From assembly GCA_963799775.1 (NCBI GenBank), contig CAWCYD010000003.1:1216001-1280000 (forward strand): 64,000 bases of DNA, given 5' to 3'. Of the stretch, positions 10,607 to 18,563 are shown piece by piece. The notes under the pieces are model-generated. The model worked only from the letters and a program-made list of their open reading frames with translations. It did no database searches and had not been told where the DNA came from. How positions within the stretch are numbered: the stretch's first letter is position 1; every line of letters begins with the position of its first letter. The position numbers were made by a program, and so were the translations under genes. This DNA comes from an uncultured archaeon. GTDB lineage: Archaea; Thermoproteota; Nitrososphaeria; Nitrososphaerales; Gagatemarchaeaceae.

Positions 10607-10636
10607 TGGCGGGACCGGCAGGGTTTGATGCAAAAA
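10607..10636 (-). repeat. tRNA-Arg 3'-end repeat R1 (start of a type A arm)
   Basis: TGGCGGGACCGGCAGGGTTTGATGCAAAAA; compare 15011. Confidence 0.85.
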
Positions 10637-10700
10637 CGCAGCTAGAAGGTAGAATCCTGGAAGATTCCCCGCAATTGTCCTGGCGAACGAGAGGGGCGCA

Positions 10701-11012
10701 CTAAGGCTTCTTTATCCAGACCGCCGAATCCTCGACTTTGACCTGAAAGGTCGGCTCGGGCTTTTGTGCCGGACCAGCTACCACTTCCCCAGTCTTCATG
10801 TCGAACTTAGATCCGTGCCACGGGCATTGGATCACGGAACCTGTGAGCTTTCCCCTTCCAAGAGGCCCGCCCACGTGCGTGCATTTGTTCGCAACGGCAT
10901 ACATTTCGCCCTCTAGGTTGGCGACCACTACATCTATGCCGCTCACCTTCACCACCTTCATGGAGCCCACGGGAACTTCGGATGCTTTGGCGACCTCCTC
11001 GAACCCTTCCAT
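10701..11012 (-). CDS. Rieske [2Fe-2S] ferredoxin
   Basis: CTHVGG...CPWHGSKFD. Confidence 0.95.
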   Translation of the reverse strand: MEGFEEVAKASEVPVGSMKVVKVSGIDVVVANLEGEMYAVANKCTHVGGPLGRGKLTGSVIQCPWHGSKFDMKTGEVVAGPAQKPEPTFQVKVEDSAVWIKKP

Positions 11013-11112
11013 AACCTTCTTGCCATCCCGAGGATAGGTCGCCCGAGTAATTCTGCTTTTCCATCTGCTTGCCCGGTCGAATGCACGACGGAGGGTGAAA
11101 TACTAGGTGTTT

Positions 11113-11160
11113 TGGCGGGCCCGACAGGGCCCACCCCTGAATAGATTCTCAATGTGGAGT
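11113..11160 (-). repeat. tRNA-Arg 3'-end repeat R2 (type B arm)
   Basis: TGGCGGGCCCGACAGGGCCCACCCCTGAATAGATTCTCAATGTGGA. Confidence 0.85.
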
Positions 11161-11310
11161 CCCGGGCTCCACGCGGCGGGCAAGCCGTCAAGTCGCCGCA
11201 TCAAAATGACTACAAACTCGGCCATGGAATCGGCTCTCTCAAACGCCCGAGAAGCTTCTTCGATTGGCCGACTCTGAATTTCCAACCTTAGATGAGACGG
11301 GGATGTCGGC

Positions 11311-12357
11311 TCAGACTTTAGGAAGACTAGCGAAGCGCGACCGCTGGTAGCCTGCGAACACACCCTCGACCCCGGTCAAGACCACCATCACCCTGACCCT
11401 TCCGTGCATGTTCTCTTCGACCCTAGCACCCCAGACGATCTTCACTCCTGGTCGGAGAGCTGTCGTTATCCTCTCGCCCGCGGCTATGACCTCCTCAAGC
11501 CTTAGGTCGCTTCCCCCCGTTACGTGCACTAGCACTCCATACGACTTCGACGCATCGCGCAAGTCCAGGAGCCTACTTTCTATTGCCTTCATAGCCGCTT
11601 TCTCGACTCTTCCCTTACCAGAAGATTCGCTTACACCTATAGCGGCCAGCCCTCTTCGCTCCATTATCTCCTTCAGGTCCGAGTAGCTGATGTTGATGAG
11701 AGAAGCCGTGGTAATGGTCTCAGTGATGCCTTTCACAAATAGGCCGACCAGGTCGCTTGCTACTCCGAGCGCCTGCTCGAGAGGTAAATTACCTGCGACT
11801 TTGGAGAGCCTGTTATTGTCGATCGCGACCACCGTGTCGCAATACTCGCGAAGCTTCTCGAGACCCTTCCTGGCTTTTTTGTACCTGTATCTCTCAAAAG
11901 AGAAGGGAAGCGTGACGACGCCGATTTTCAGGATGCCTTCTCCTGGGAGCGCCTTCGCGAGCACGTTTATCGCGCCAGTACCAGTCCCTCCCCCCAAACC
12001 CGCACATAGGATGAGTATGCTCGACCCAGCAACCGCCTTTCTCAACTCCTGAAGACTCTCGTACGCCGCCTTTTCACCCACATCAGGGTATCCACCGGCA
12101 CCTTGACCGTGAGTGAGCTTCTCACCGATGAGAATCCTCCTGTCGGCTCTTGTCACGCTCAGGTGGACTGCGTCGGTGTTCGCGGCAATGAGTTTGCCTC
12201 CAGCCATGCCCTTCTCCTTTAACCAAGAAACAATGTTGCTACCGGCTCCACCCAAGCCAACGACGCAAACCTTGGGACGTGCGGCCATCATAGCCGCTAC
12301 TATCCTATCATCTTCCGACAAATCGTCGGATGCTGGATCTCCCTCCATAACATTCAC
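11311..12357 (-). CDS. ftsZ: Cell division protein FtsZ (divergent T7 loop)
   Basis: VVGLGGAGSN, AANTD, GQGAGG, GLGGGTGTGA, PFSFE, IDNNRL. Confidence 0.9.
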   Translation of the reverse strand: MNVMEGDPASDDLSEDDRIVAAMMAARPKVCVVGLGGAGSNIVSWLKEKGMAGGKLIAANTDAVHLSVTRADRRILIGEKLTHGQGAGGYPDVGEKAAYESLQELRKAVAGSSILILCAGLGGGTGTGAINVLAKALPGEGILKIGVVTLPFSFERYRYKKARKGLEKLREYCDTVVAIDNNRLSKVAGNLPLEQALGVASDLVGLFVKGITETITTASLINISYSDLKEIMERRGLAAIGVSESSGKGRVEKAAMKAIESRLLDLRDASKSYGVLVHVTGGSDLRLEEVIAAGERITTALRPGVKIVWGARVEENMHGRVRVMVVLTGVEGVFAGYQRSRFASLPKV

Positions 12358-12518
12358 GTCTTTCGAGTATCATTCATAAAGAATAAGCAATGTGCACGAT
12401 GTAAACGAAGCTGAAGTCTGTCCATCAATTCAGGTCATAGCCAGCTCCTTTCGGTCAGCTTGAGGTTCGAACCCAGCAGAGAGAGTTCGAGAGCAACGAA
12501 GGGTTTGGACTCGAACGG

Positions 12519-12601
12519 TGGCGGGCCCGGCAGGATGCGATTAGATAATTAAGCGAATCCGAGGCTGAGCAATTCGAGTCTCAAATTCGCTGCGACCGCA
12601 C
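12519..12601 (-). repeat. tRNA-Arg 3'-end repeat R3 (type C arm with 11-6-11 palindrome)
   Basis: TGGCGGGCCCGGCAGGATGCGATTAGATAATTAAGCGAATCC...TCAAATTCGCTGCGACCGCAC. Confidence 0.85.
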
Positions 12602-12895
12602 CTAACTCTCTCTTTTCAGTAGGCGCAGCCTACCTTGAGAAATCGACCTTAGGACTCCAGGAGACCCCTGAAAGAGATCTAACCGCCGCAAGAAATTTTA
12701 GGGGAGAATCACTGCAGCTAGAGTTGGACTTCCGCTTCGCCGCCTACGGCTCAAGGCATCCTAGTTCGGGGAAACCGAACTGCTAAGTGTGGCAAGTGAA
12801 AGGTAGTATTTGCAGTCAAGACCAAATTCACATTCACAGGGGCAAAGAGAGCGCACATTTTGTATCTCGCTCTGCTCAGCACTCGAGCCCTGACG

Positions 12896-13189
12896 CTAGA
12901 CTTGAGGCTCGATTTCCGCTTCCTTGACGAAGCTCTGGGCCTTCAGGGTCTTCAGAAGCTCCTCTGGAGTCACCTTTGCGTTGGCCATTTCCAGATAGAA
13001 GAGGTCGTACCCCGTCTTCTTGTCGTCCGAGCACTCGATTCCTCCCGCGAGAATATCGATGTTCCTCTCGCCCAATATCATGGCAATCTTGGCAAGAATC
13101 GAAGGGCGAGATTCGACCGTGAGGTAGAGGTCGAAGACCTTTTCGCCGGGGGGCGATACTACCCTCATCGACCTTAGCCGCTCCGACAT
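12896..13189 (-). CDS. Stand-alone ACT-domain protein
   Basis: LTVESRPSILAKIAMILGERNIDI, an ACT signature. Confidence 0.75.
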   Translation of the reverse strand: MSERLRSMRVVSPPGEKVFDLYLTVESRPSILAKIAMILGERNIDILAGGIECSDDKKTGYDLFYLEMANAKVTPEELLKTLKAQSFVKEAEIEPQV

Positions 13190-13276
13190 AAATCGGACTT
13201 GCCCATGGTAGGATTTAAGGGGAGCGGCTGCGAGATTGCGAATCCGGCTTTGACAGTCTAATTGAGCGTGAAAAGT

Positions 13277-13324
13277 TGGCGGGCCCGGCAGGGCCCGCGC
13301 CTGAACAGGTTCTGAAAGTGGATT
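13277..13324 (-). repeat. tRNA-Arg 3'-end repeat R4 (type B arm)
   Basis: TGGCGGGCCCGGCAGGGCCCGCGCCTGAACAGGTTCTGAAAGTGGA; abuts the vapC stop. Confidence 0.9.
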
Positions 13325-13702
13325 TCACTTTCCAATCTCTTTCTGCAGTAGCTCGGCCTGGCGCTTGTCGAACGTAGCGAGGTCTGAGGTTAGCTCTAGC
13401 GCTAGAGCGATGAATATCGCGTCGTATATCGAGCGGTGGCTCTTGGCCGCCAGAGAGTATCCATGCTTCATCAGTTCTTCCCCAGGACGAATCACCCGAA
13501 TTCTTCCCGATTCTACCAACCCATAGAGTATGGACACGTAGGGTACCCCGTCGCCCAGATCTTTTATCAGGAATTGATGCTTCCACACTGCGTTGACCGC
13601 TTCATACAGGGCCAAGTCGACCGTAATCAGAATGTCCTCTTCAAGCAGTTCCTTGCGCCTAAGAAGCCCCTCGACTATGTAGCTGCTGTCCGCAACCTTC
13701 AA
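13325..13702 (-). CDS. vapC: PIN-domain toxin VapC
   Basis: VADSS, LALYEAVNA, SIYDAIFIALA, LATFDKRQ. Confidence 0.9.
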   Translation of the reverse strand: MKVADSSYIVEGLLRRKELLEEDILITVDLALYEAVNAVWKHQFLIKDLGDGVPYVSILYGLVESGRIRVIRPGEELMKHGYSLAAKSHRSIYDAIFIALALELTSDLATFDKRQAELLQKEIGK

Positions 13703-13917
13703 CGTCTTCTGTCCTCGTTAATTCGCCTGACTTCTTCGGCGGTCGTCGTCCTAATCTCGTTACTCCGTTGGAGCTTCTCTAGCTTTCCGATGAGCTCGTC
13801 AGACTTCCTCGTGCTCAAGTAGAGTTCGAGCGCCTCTCTGACCGACTTTGAAAGCGCTCCGTGTTTGAGGAGCCTCTTCTTTTCTTCATCTGAAACCCGG
13901 ACGGTAATGGTAGGCAT
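13699..13917 (-). CDS. vapB: Ribbon-helix-helix antitoxin VapB
   Basis: MPTITVRVSDEEKKRL...SKSVREALE; overlaps the vapC start. Confidence 0.85.
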   Translation of the reverse strand: MPTITVRVSDEEKKRLLKHGALSKSVREALELYLSTRKSDELIGKLEKLQRSNEIRTTTAEEVRRINEDRRR

Positions 13918-13947
13918 GTCTTACTCTGCGTAAGACACTGTGTCTTA
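13918..13947. promoter_or_regulatory. Overlapping palindromic operators of vapBC
   Basis: GTCTTAC-N5-GTAAGAC and TAAGACA-N3-TGTCTTA between the ATG and the repeat. Confidence 0.6.
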
Positions 13948-13953
13948 AGTTTT

Positions 13954-14065
13954 TGGCGGGCCCGGCAGTTTCCGCACCAAAAATGGTGCTAGAAATGGTT
14001 CCGTTTCGCGGGTTCATGCCTCAATGGATTCGAACTCCCGAGGAGTCGGCTTGTCTCGCTCATTC
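13954..14065 (-). repeat. tRNA-Arg 3'-end repeat R5 (type A arm, ~112 bp)
   Basis: About 90% identical by eye to 21496-21606. Confidence 0.9.
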
Positions 14066-14097
14066 ATGCTTTCGCTCGAATCGATGTCAGGAAGCTC

Positions 14098-14379
14098 CTA
14101 TGCGTCAGGAAAGAATCTCCTCATGAACGCCATTATCTCTTCGCTCTGCCTCGGGTTGAGCGAGACCTGTAGACCGTAGGATGTCGGCTTGGGAACTACT
14201 GCACCCTGACGGACCAGCTGCTTCGCCATCTGCTCCACACGCTTCAGTCCGTGCTTTCCGAGTTCTGATTCCTTCCATCCTTTCTTGAGGTTATCGAGAG
14301 CTGTATGACTTGCTCCCCAGTTTCCTCTTTTGTGGAGCTTGAACAGGAGTGTCGCCTTGATATCATCGTCAGAAAGCAT
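14098..14379 (-). CDS. Small hypothetical protein (winged-helix-like)
   Basis: Clean 93-aa ORF divergent from an HTH gene; GNWGASHT and KPTSYGLQVSLNP. Confidence 0.6.
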   Translation of the reverse strand: MLSDDDIKATLLFKLHKRGNWGASHTALDNLKKGWKESELGKHGLKRVEQMAKQLVRQGAVVPKPTSYGLQVSLNPRQSEEIMAFMRRFFPDA

Positions 14380-14449
14380 AAGTTCACTTATGATACTTCG
14401 AAGGTTCTTATTTAAATACTCGCCAGGTTAGTTAGTTACAGGGAGAAAA

Positions 14450-14794
14450 ATGACATACAAGCCTGACGAGACATTGTTGTTGAAATACCTTGGAGCGAGC
14501 CCAACGCTTCGAATCATTGATTTTTTCCTGGACAACCCACTCTCTGACTACTCGAAGAACGAGATCGCGAAGAATCTGGCGATGAGCCGTGTGACGTTTT
14601 TCAAGTACTGGAAGCAGTTGGCGAAGTCCGGGGCTGTTAAGCCAACGAGAGAGATCGGAAGGGCAACTTTGTACAAGCTGGACAAGGAGAACGACGTGGT
14701 GAAGCAGACGATCAAGCTCGATATGACGCTTGCCAGAAAGTCGATGGAAAAAGCGGCCGAAGAATACAAGAAACCGATAACTATGCGAAGCTGA
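14450..14794 (+). CDS. Winged-HTH transcriptional regulator
   Basis: SPTLRIIDFFLDN...YSKNEIAKNLAMSRVT...IGRATLYKL. Confidence 0.8.
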   Translation: MTYKPDETLLLKYLGASPTLRIIDFFLDNPLSDYSKNEIAKNLAMSRVTFFKYWKQLAKSGAVKPTREIGRATLYKLDKENDVVKQTIKLDMTLARKSMEKAAEEYKKPITMRS

Positions 14795-14891
14795 ATTCAT
14801 ACCCTTTTTGCATCTCTTTCATTCCGTCCAGACCTCCTTTCCCTCTCGCGAGAGAACGACACGAAATCCAATCAGGCTGAGAATATACTAT

Positions 14892-14925
14892 TGGGCCGGA
14901 AGGGATTCGACCCCTTGACCTGCCG
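14892..14925 (-). repeat. 3' fragment of a different tRNA (Ile/Met-like), possible att remnant
   Basis: Reverse complement CGGCAGGTCAAGGGGTCGAATCCCTTCCGGCCCA has a T-stem, T-loop and acceptor strand; no 5' half is present. Confidence 0.7.
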
Positions 14926-15010
14926 AGAAATCTAGGTAATCGCGGGCATCCGGCTAGATAGAGCGTGTTTCAACCCCTAATGAGCGCATGCAGTCTACTT
15001 CCAGGTAGTT

Positions 15011-15095
15011 TGGCGGGCCCGGCAGGATTTGATGCAAAAATGGCGCCAGAAAGGGTTCCATTTCGCGGGTTCATGCCTCGATGGTTTCGAACCCG
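15011..15095 (-). repeat. tRNA-Arg 3'-end repeat R6 (type A arm; longest tRNA match)
   Basis: GCGGGCCCGGCAGGATTTGA identical to the tRNA into the T-loop, then type A sequence. Confidence 0.9.
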
Positions 15096-15125
15096 TGTTG
15101 GCTAGTGAATCCCTGAGCAGAGATG

Positions 15126-15578
15126 CTACAAAGCGTTGACTTGAAGGGGCTGAAGATGGGAGCTTCGACCGAATTTCGTTGCTAAGGTCTGACGAACCTT
15201 TCCTAGCCAAGCAGGAGATTGTTTGTATTTGCAGGATTGCAGGTTGTGCAGCCTGGCGAAGACCAAATATACGAAAGTCATCGTGCCCTTTCCTCCGGGA
15301 GCGCCGGTCATCATCATTGAAAAGACGGGCCCGGCCGGGAACAGACTAATCAGTTCTGGGAGCGCATTGGCTCCGCTGAGAACTTTTCTGTCTGGGAGCA
15401 CAATATGAAAGGACCGGTATCGGAGATTGCGGGGCACTGCGTCTAGCAATCCTGATGCATCAGCTATGTCCAGCGGGACAAAATCGACCTTCCGGCGAAT
15501 GTCTAAGATGGCCACGACCTGCTTGAACTTCGCACAGGGCCCGCAATCCGCGTCATAGGCCATGACATACCTGGACAA
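15126..15578 (-). CDS. DCC1-like thiol-disulfide oxidoreductase
   Basis: YDADCGPC motif, FHIVLPD...SGANA; start approximate. Confidence 0.8.
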   Translation of the reverse strand: MSRYVMAYDADCGPCAKFKQVVAILDIRRKVDFVPLDIADASGLLDAVPRNLRYRSFHIVLPDRKVLSGANALPELISLFPAGPVFSMMMTGAPGGKGTMTFVYLVFARLHNLQSCKYKQSPAWLGKVRQTLATKFGRSSHLQPLQVNAL

Positions 15579-15872
15579 GCAATTTCGCCTGCCAATTATT
15601 CTGACGACGGTCACATAAAAATATGCCCCGAGCCTGGATGGTTCAGGGACTGAGGGAGTCCCAGGCGCCCGAATCTCGGCAGCGCAGTAGAGGCTCCTTT
15701 CACGGCACTTTGTTCCCAAAGGCCTCTGTCAAAGCTTGAGGTCCCTCCTGCGGCCTCTCAAGGGTCGGGGCCTAAATCGAACTCAGACAATTGGGTACGC
15801 GGCTAGTGGAAAAAACGGTTAGACCATAATTCCGCCTCATTCTGACACAATACGCTCAAACGTGGCTATTGT

Positions 15873-15896
15873 TAGCGGGCCCGGCACGGCCCGCCA
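15873..15896 (-). repeat. tRNA-Arg 3'-end repeat R7 (type B-like hairpin)
   Basis: TAGCGGGCCCGGCACGGCCCGCCA. Confidence 0.8.
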
Positions 15897-15923
15897 CGCA
15901 TGGGTAGCAAATCCGGCTCGCAT

Positions 15924-16631
15924 TCAAGCGTTTAGTTTTGCAATTTCGCCGTCCCAAGTTGCGGTGAGAACCCCCTCTCTGCTCAAGTAAAACACTATGC
16001 CGTCCAGATATGGTATCCACTTGGTCTCCTTGAATCGTCCGCCAAAGATGGTCTCTATCAGGACTATCAGCCCGTAATCGTGCCCCACCCACAGCCGCAG
16101 GAGCGGGGCTTGACGGGCCTTCAAGTCCTTGCTAACGCTGCTTACGACGAACTGCTTTACCTCCGAAGGGGGTTTCATCATCCCGAAAGGAAGGCTCCCG
16201 TCCAGCCATTCTCTAAGGAATGGCAGTCCTCCCACCTTTCCCCTATGCGACTCCATCGCATTTCTGTCCTTGGCGAAAAAATGGGTCACGGCCAAGGAAT
16301 CGTCTATTCCAATGTCTGATATGGTACCAGAATTCATCTGTGAGTAGCCATTCATGATGCCGGTCCCAGTCTCTACGCAGCGGGGGACGGGACTATAGCC
16401 TACGACGAGGTTCAAACCTCTAGGGAGCGACTGGCCGAATCTCTTCGATTCGCTGTGCCCGTGAGGAGTCAACCCTGCGACCATATTCGGATTGGCGACC
16501 TCGCCTCTTCGACCTTGATCCCTAACGGAATGTCTGAGGATGATCCCCATCCGATCGGACTCCATGGAATTGATAACGTCAATCAGTCGGTCTCCGTAAG
16601 GGATTTCTTCGGCGGGCCTCTCAGGTTCCAA
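15924..16631 (-). CDS. Histidine phosphatase family protein
   Basis: ILRHS, LTPHG, SPVPRCVETG, VGHD. Confidence 0.85.
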   Translation of the reverse strand: MEPERPAEEIPYGDRLIDVINSMESDRMGIILRHSVRDQGRRGEVANPNMVAGLTPHGHSESKRFGQSLPRGLNLVVGYSPVPRCVETGTGIMNGYSQMNSGTISDIGIDDSLAVTHFFAKDRNAMESHRGKVGGLPFLREWLDGSLPFGMMKPPSEVKQFVVSSVSKDLKARQAPLLRLWVGHDYGLIVLIETIFGGRFKETKWIPYLDGIVFYLSREGVLTATWDGEIAKLNA

Positions 16632-16724
16632 CTCTCAAACGTCCGATAGGGCATGAATATGAACCATGTTCAATTTCCTATCCCATGCCCAAGAGGTTCG
16701 AATCCATTTCTGGGGAAGTTTTGG

Positions 16725-16766
16725 TGGCGGGCCCGGCAGGATTTGCTTAACTAATTAAGCGACACC
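16725..16766 (-). repeat. tRNA-Arg 3'-end repeat R8 (type C arm)
   Basis: TGGCGGGCCCGGCAGGATTTGCTTAACTAATTAAGCGACACC. Confidence 0.9.
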
Positions 16767-16796
16767 TTGATCTCGGTGTTTCGATTCCCCGAGAAA

Positions 16797-16970
16797 TCAA
16801 TCATTGGAGCGAACAGAATGTTGGCCCAACCTTACCAGAATCAAGAGGCAAGAAATGAAGCCGCATCCTAGTATCACGACGACCGATTCAGACGCGGTCC
16901 CGTTGAGCTCTATCGACGTTGCGACCATCGTGAAAGCCCAAACCAACGAAATGGCAACGTTTGCGGTCAT
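16797..16970 (-). CDS. Small two-TM peptide (57 aa, not in the ORF track)
   Basis: Manual translation MTANVAISLVWAFTMVATSIELNGTASESVVVILGCGFISCLLILVRLGQHSVRSND. Confidence 0.4.
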   Translation of the reverse strand: MTANVAISLVWAFTMVATSIELNGTASESVVVILGCGFISCLLILVRLGQHSVRSND

Positions 16971-17201
16971 GAACCTAGTGGGGATGCCGCTGTTCTTCGA
17001 CCCGGTCTCTGAGCGACTCGCGGGGTTCTTGGGCCGACGAGCCTTAGGCTAAAAGTTAGCGTCAATCGCGGCAACGCTCGAACAAAGTCAGACCGACCAA
17101 AACAGGTCGTTCAAATCTCTGCGACCGCACACCAATCACATCAGACGGCCGGAATCCTCGAAATCCTCTTTGGGAACCGATTCTCCGAGGGCGGACCGCG
17201 G

Positions 17202-18374
17202 ATGAAGCGAAAAGGAGTCTGCTACGATGTAGGGCGGGTCATGCTTGGGGCCGATTGGCGACCTAAATTCGACCCTCGAGCCGTCCACCGGGAACTCGAA
17301 ATCATCAAGACCGACATGCACTGCAATGCCGTTAGAATATGCGGCCTCGACATCGATAGGCTCATGACCGCGAGTGAGGACGCCCTGTCACAAGGGCTGG
17401 AGGTCTGGCTATCTCCCGAGATGTGGGACAAAAGCCAGGATGAGACCTGCGAATACATCGCGAGGGCGGCGGAGCGGGCGGAGGGGCTCCGTCAACGGTG
17501 GCCCGGAAAGCTGGTCTTCAGTGTGGGCTCCGAGCTGAGCCTCTTCTCTCAGGGGATGATCGAGGGCAAAAACGTCTTTGACCGGATATCCCGTTCCTCG
17601 TTCTTTAGCGATATATCGGCCGGGACGTACAACGGCCCGCTCAATCTGTACCTGTCGAATCTGAGCGAGGCCGCGAAGAAGTCGTTCCGTGGGCCGCTCA
17701 CCTACTTCTCCTTGCCGTTCGAAGCTGTCGACTGGAAACCGTTCGATTTCGTCGGGGTAGACCATTACAGGGACGCGCAGAACAAAGTCGCCTATGGTCG
17801 GATGATAAGCAAGTACAACGCATTCGGCAAGCCTGTGATTGTAGGGGAGTTCGGGTGCTGCACTTTCCGGGGCGCGGAGCTGCTCGGAGGAAACGGCTTC
17901 ATGATAACCTTCGGGATGATTGAAGGCCTCCTCGGGCCAAACCAGAAGCTTCCCAAGATGTTCTTGGACATGGCGCATGTCCCGCCCCGAGCCGACGGGC
18001 ACTACATCCGTGACGAGGAGCTCCAGGCACGCGAGCTGGTCGATCAGCTGGGGGTGCTCGACGCAGCGGGGGTTGAGGGCGCGTTCGTGCAAACCTTCGT
18101 GGTTCCTAACTCCCCGTACCGCTCGGACCCCAGGTACGACACCGACATGGCGAACTTTAGCCTGGTGAAGAGCTTCCAGGAGGCAGAAACGGCGGAAGAG
18201 TTCAGGAGACAGACCATCCGTGGGGCCAGGGAAGTGATTGGGGTGGACCTCGACCCCCGCGTTCTGGATGGTTTTTCAGGTCGAATGGGCGAGCATGGAG
18301 TGACATATCCGGATCTGCCGTGGGAGCCGAAGGAGTCTTTCAGGGCGGTAGCGGAGTATTATGCGAAACATTAG
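17202..18374 (+). CDS. TIM-barrel glycoside-hydrolase-like protein (family often annotated 'abortive infection protein')
   Basis: KGVCYDVG, HCNAVRICG, VGSEL, GKPVIVGEFG, WEPKESF. Confidence 0.75.
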   Translation: MKRKGVCYDVGRVMLGADWRPKFDPRAVHRELEIIKTDMHCNAVRICGLDIDRLMTASEDALSQGLEVWLSPEMWDKSQDETCEYIARAAERAEGLRQRWPGKLVFSVGSELSLFSQGMIEGKNVFDRISRSSFFSDISAGTYNGPLNLYLSNLSEAAKKSFRGPLTYFSLPFEAVDWKPFDFVGVDHYRDAQNKVAYGRMISKYNAFGKPVIVGEFGCCTFRGAELLGGNGFMITFGMIEGLLGPNQKLPKMFLDMAHVPPRADGHYIRDEELQARELVDQLGVLDAAGVEGAFVQTFVVPNSPYRSDPRYDTDMANFSLVKSFQEAETAEEFRRQTIRGAREVIGVDLDPRVLDGFSGRMGEHGVTYPDLPWEPKESFRAVAEYYAKH

Positions 18375-18480
18375 GAAAAAATAACTTCGTGTTGAATCCT
18401 GTTGGAACCCGACGCAATCTGAACTTAAAGTTCAAGTTGCTGCCACCGCACAGTTCGAATTCAACAGACCGCGTTTCGGA

Positions 18481-18563
18481 GGATTCGCTTAGTGATTTAA
18501 GCGGGCCCAGGCAAGAATTCGGCTCGTCGCAATCTAGGTGAGCGTGAAAGGTTGGCAGGCCCC
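18481..18563 (-). repeat. Compound junction: 11-6-11 palindrome plus two degenerate tRNA-end repeats (R9, R9b)
   Basis: GGATTCGCTTA-GTGATT-TAAGCGGGCCCAGGCA and TGAGCGTGAAAGGTTGGCAGGCCCG (compare 13263-13287). Confidence 0.75.

Noticed and set aside
14371-14398. CATAA-GTTCAC-TTATG as a dif site
   Set aside because: Outer arms are not symmetric and it overlaps a start codon between divergent genes, so an HTH operator is more likely
14892-14990. Complete or intron-containing tRNA gene
   Set aside because: No 5' acceptor strand or D-arm can be found upstream on the minus strand; only the 3' fragment is supported
15325-15340. CGGGCCCGGC inside the DCC gene as another junction
   Set aside because: Short GC-rich match within an intact coding frame, with no arm sequence
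16611-16625. GGCGGGCCTCTCAGG as a degenerate repeat
   Set aside because: Only 12/15 identity and lies within the likely N-terminus of the histidine phosphatase
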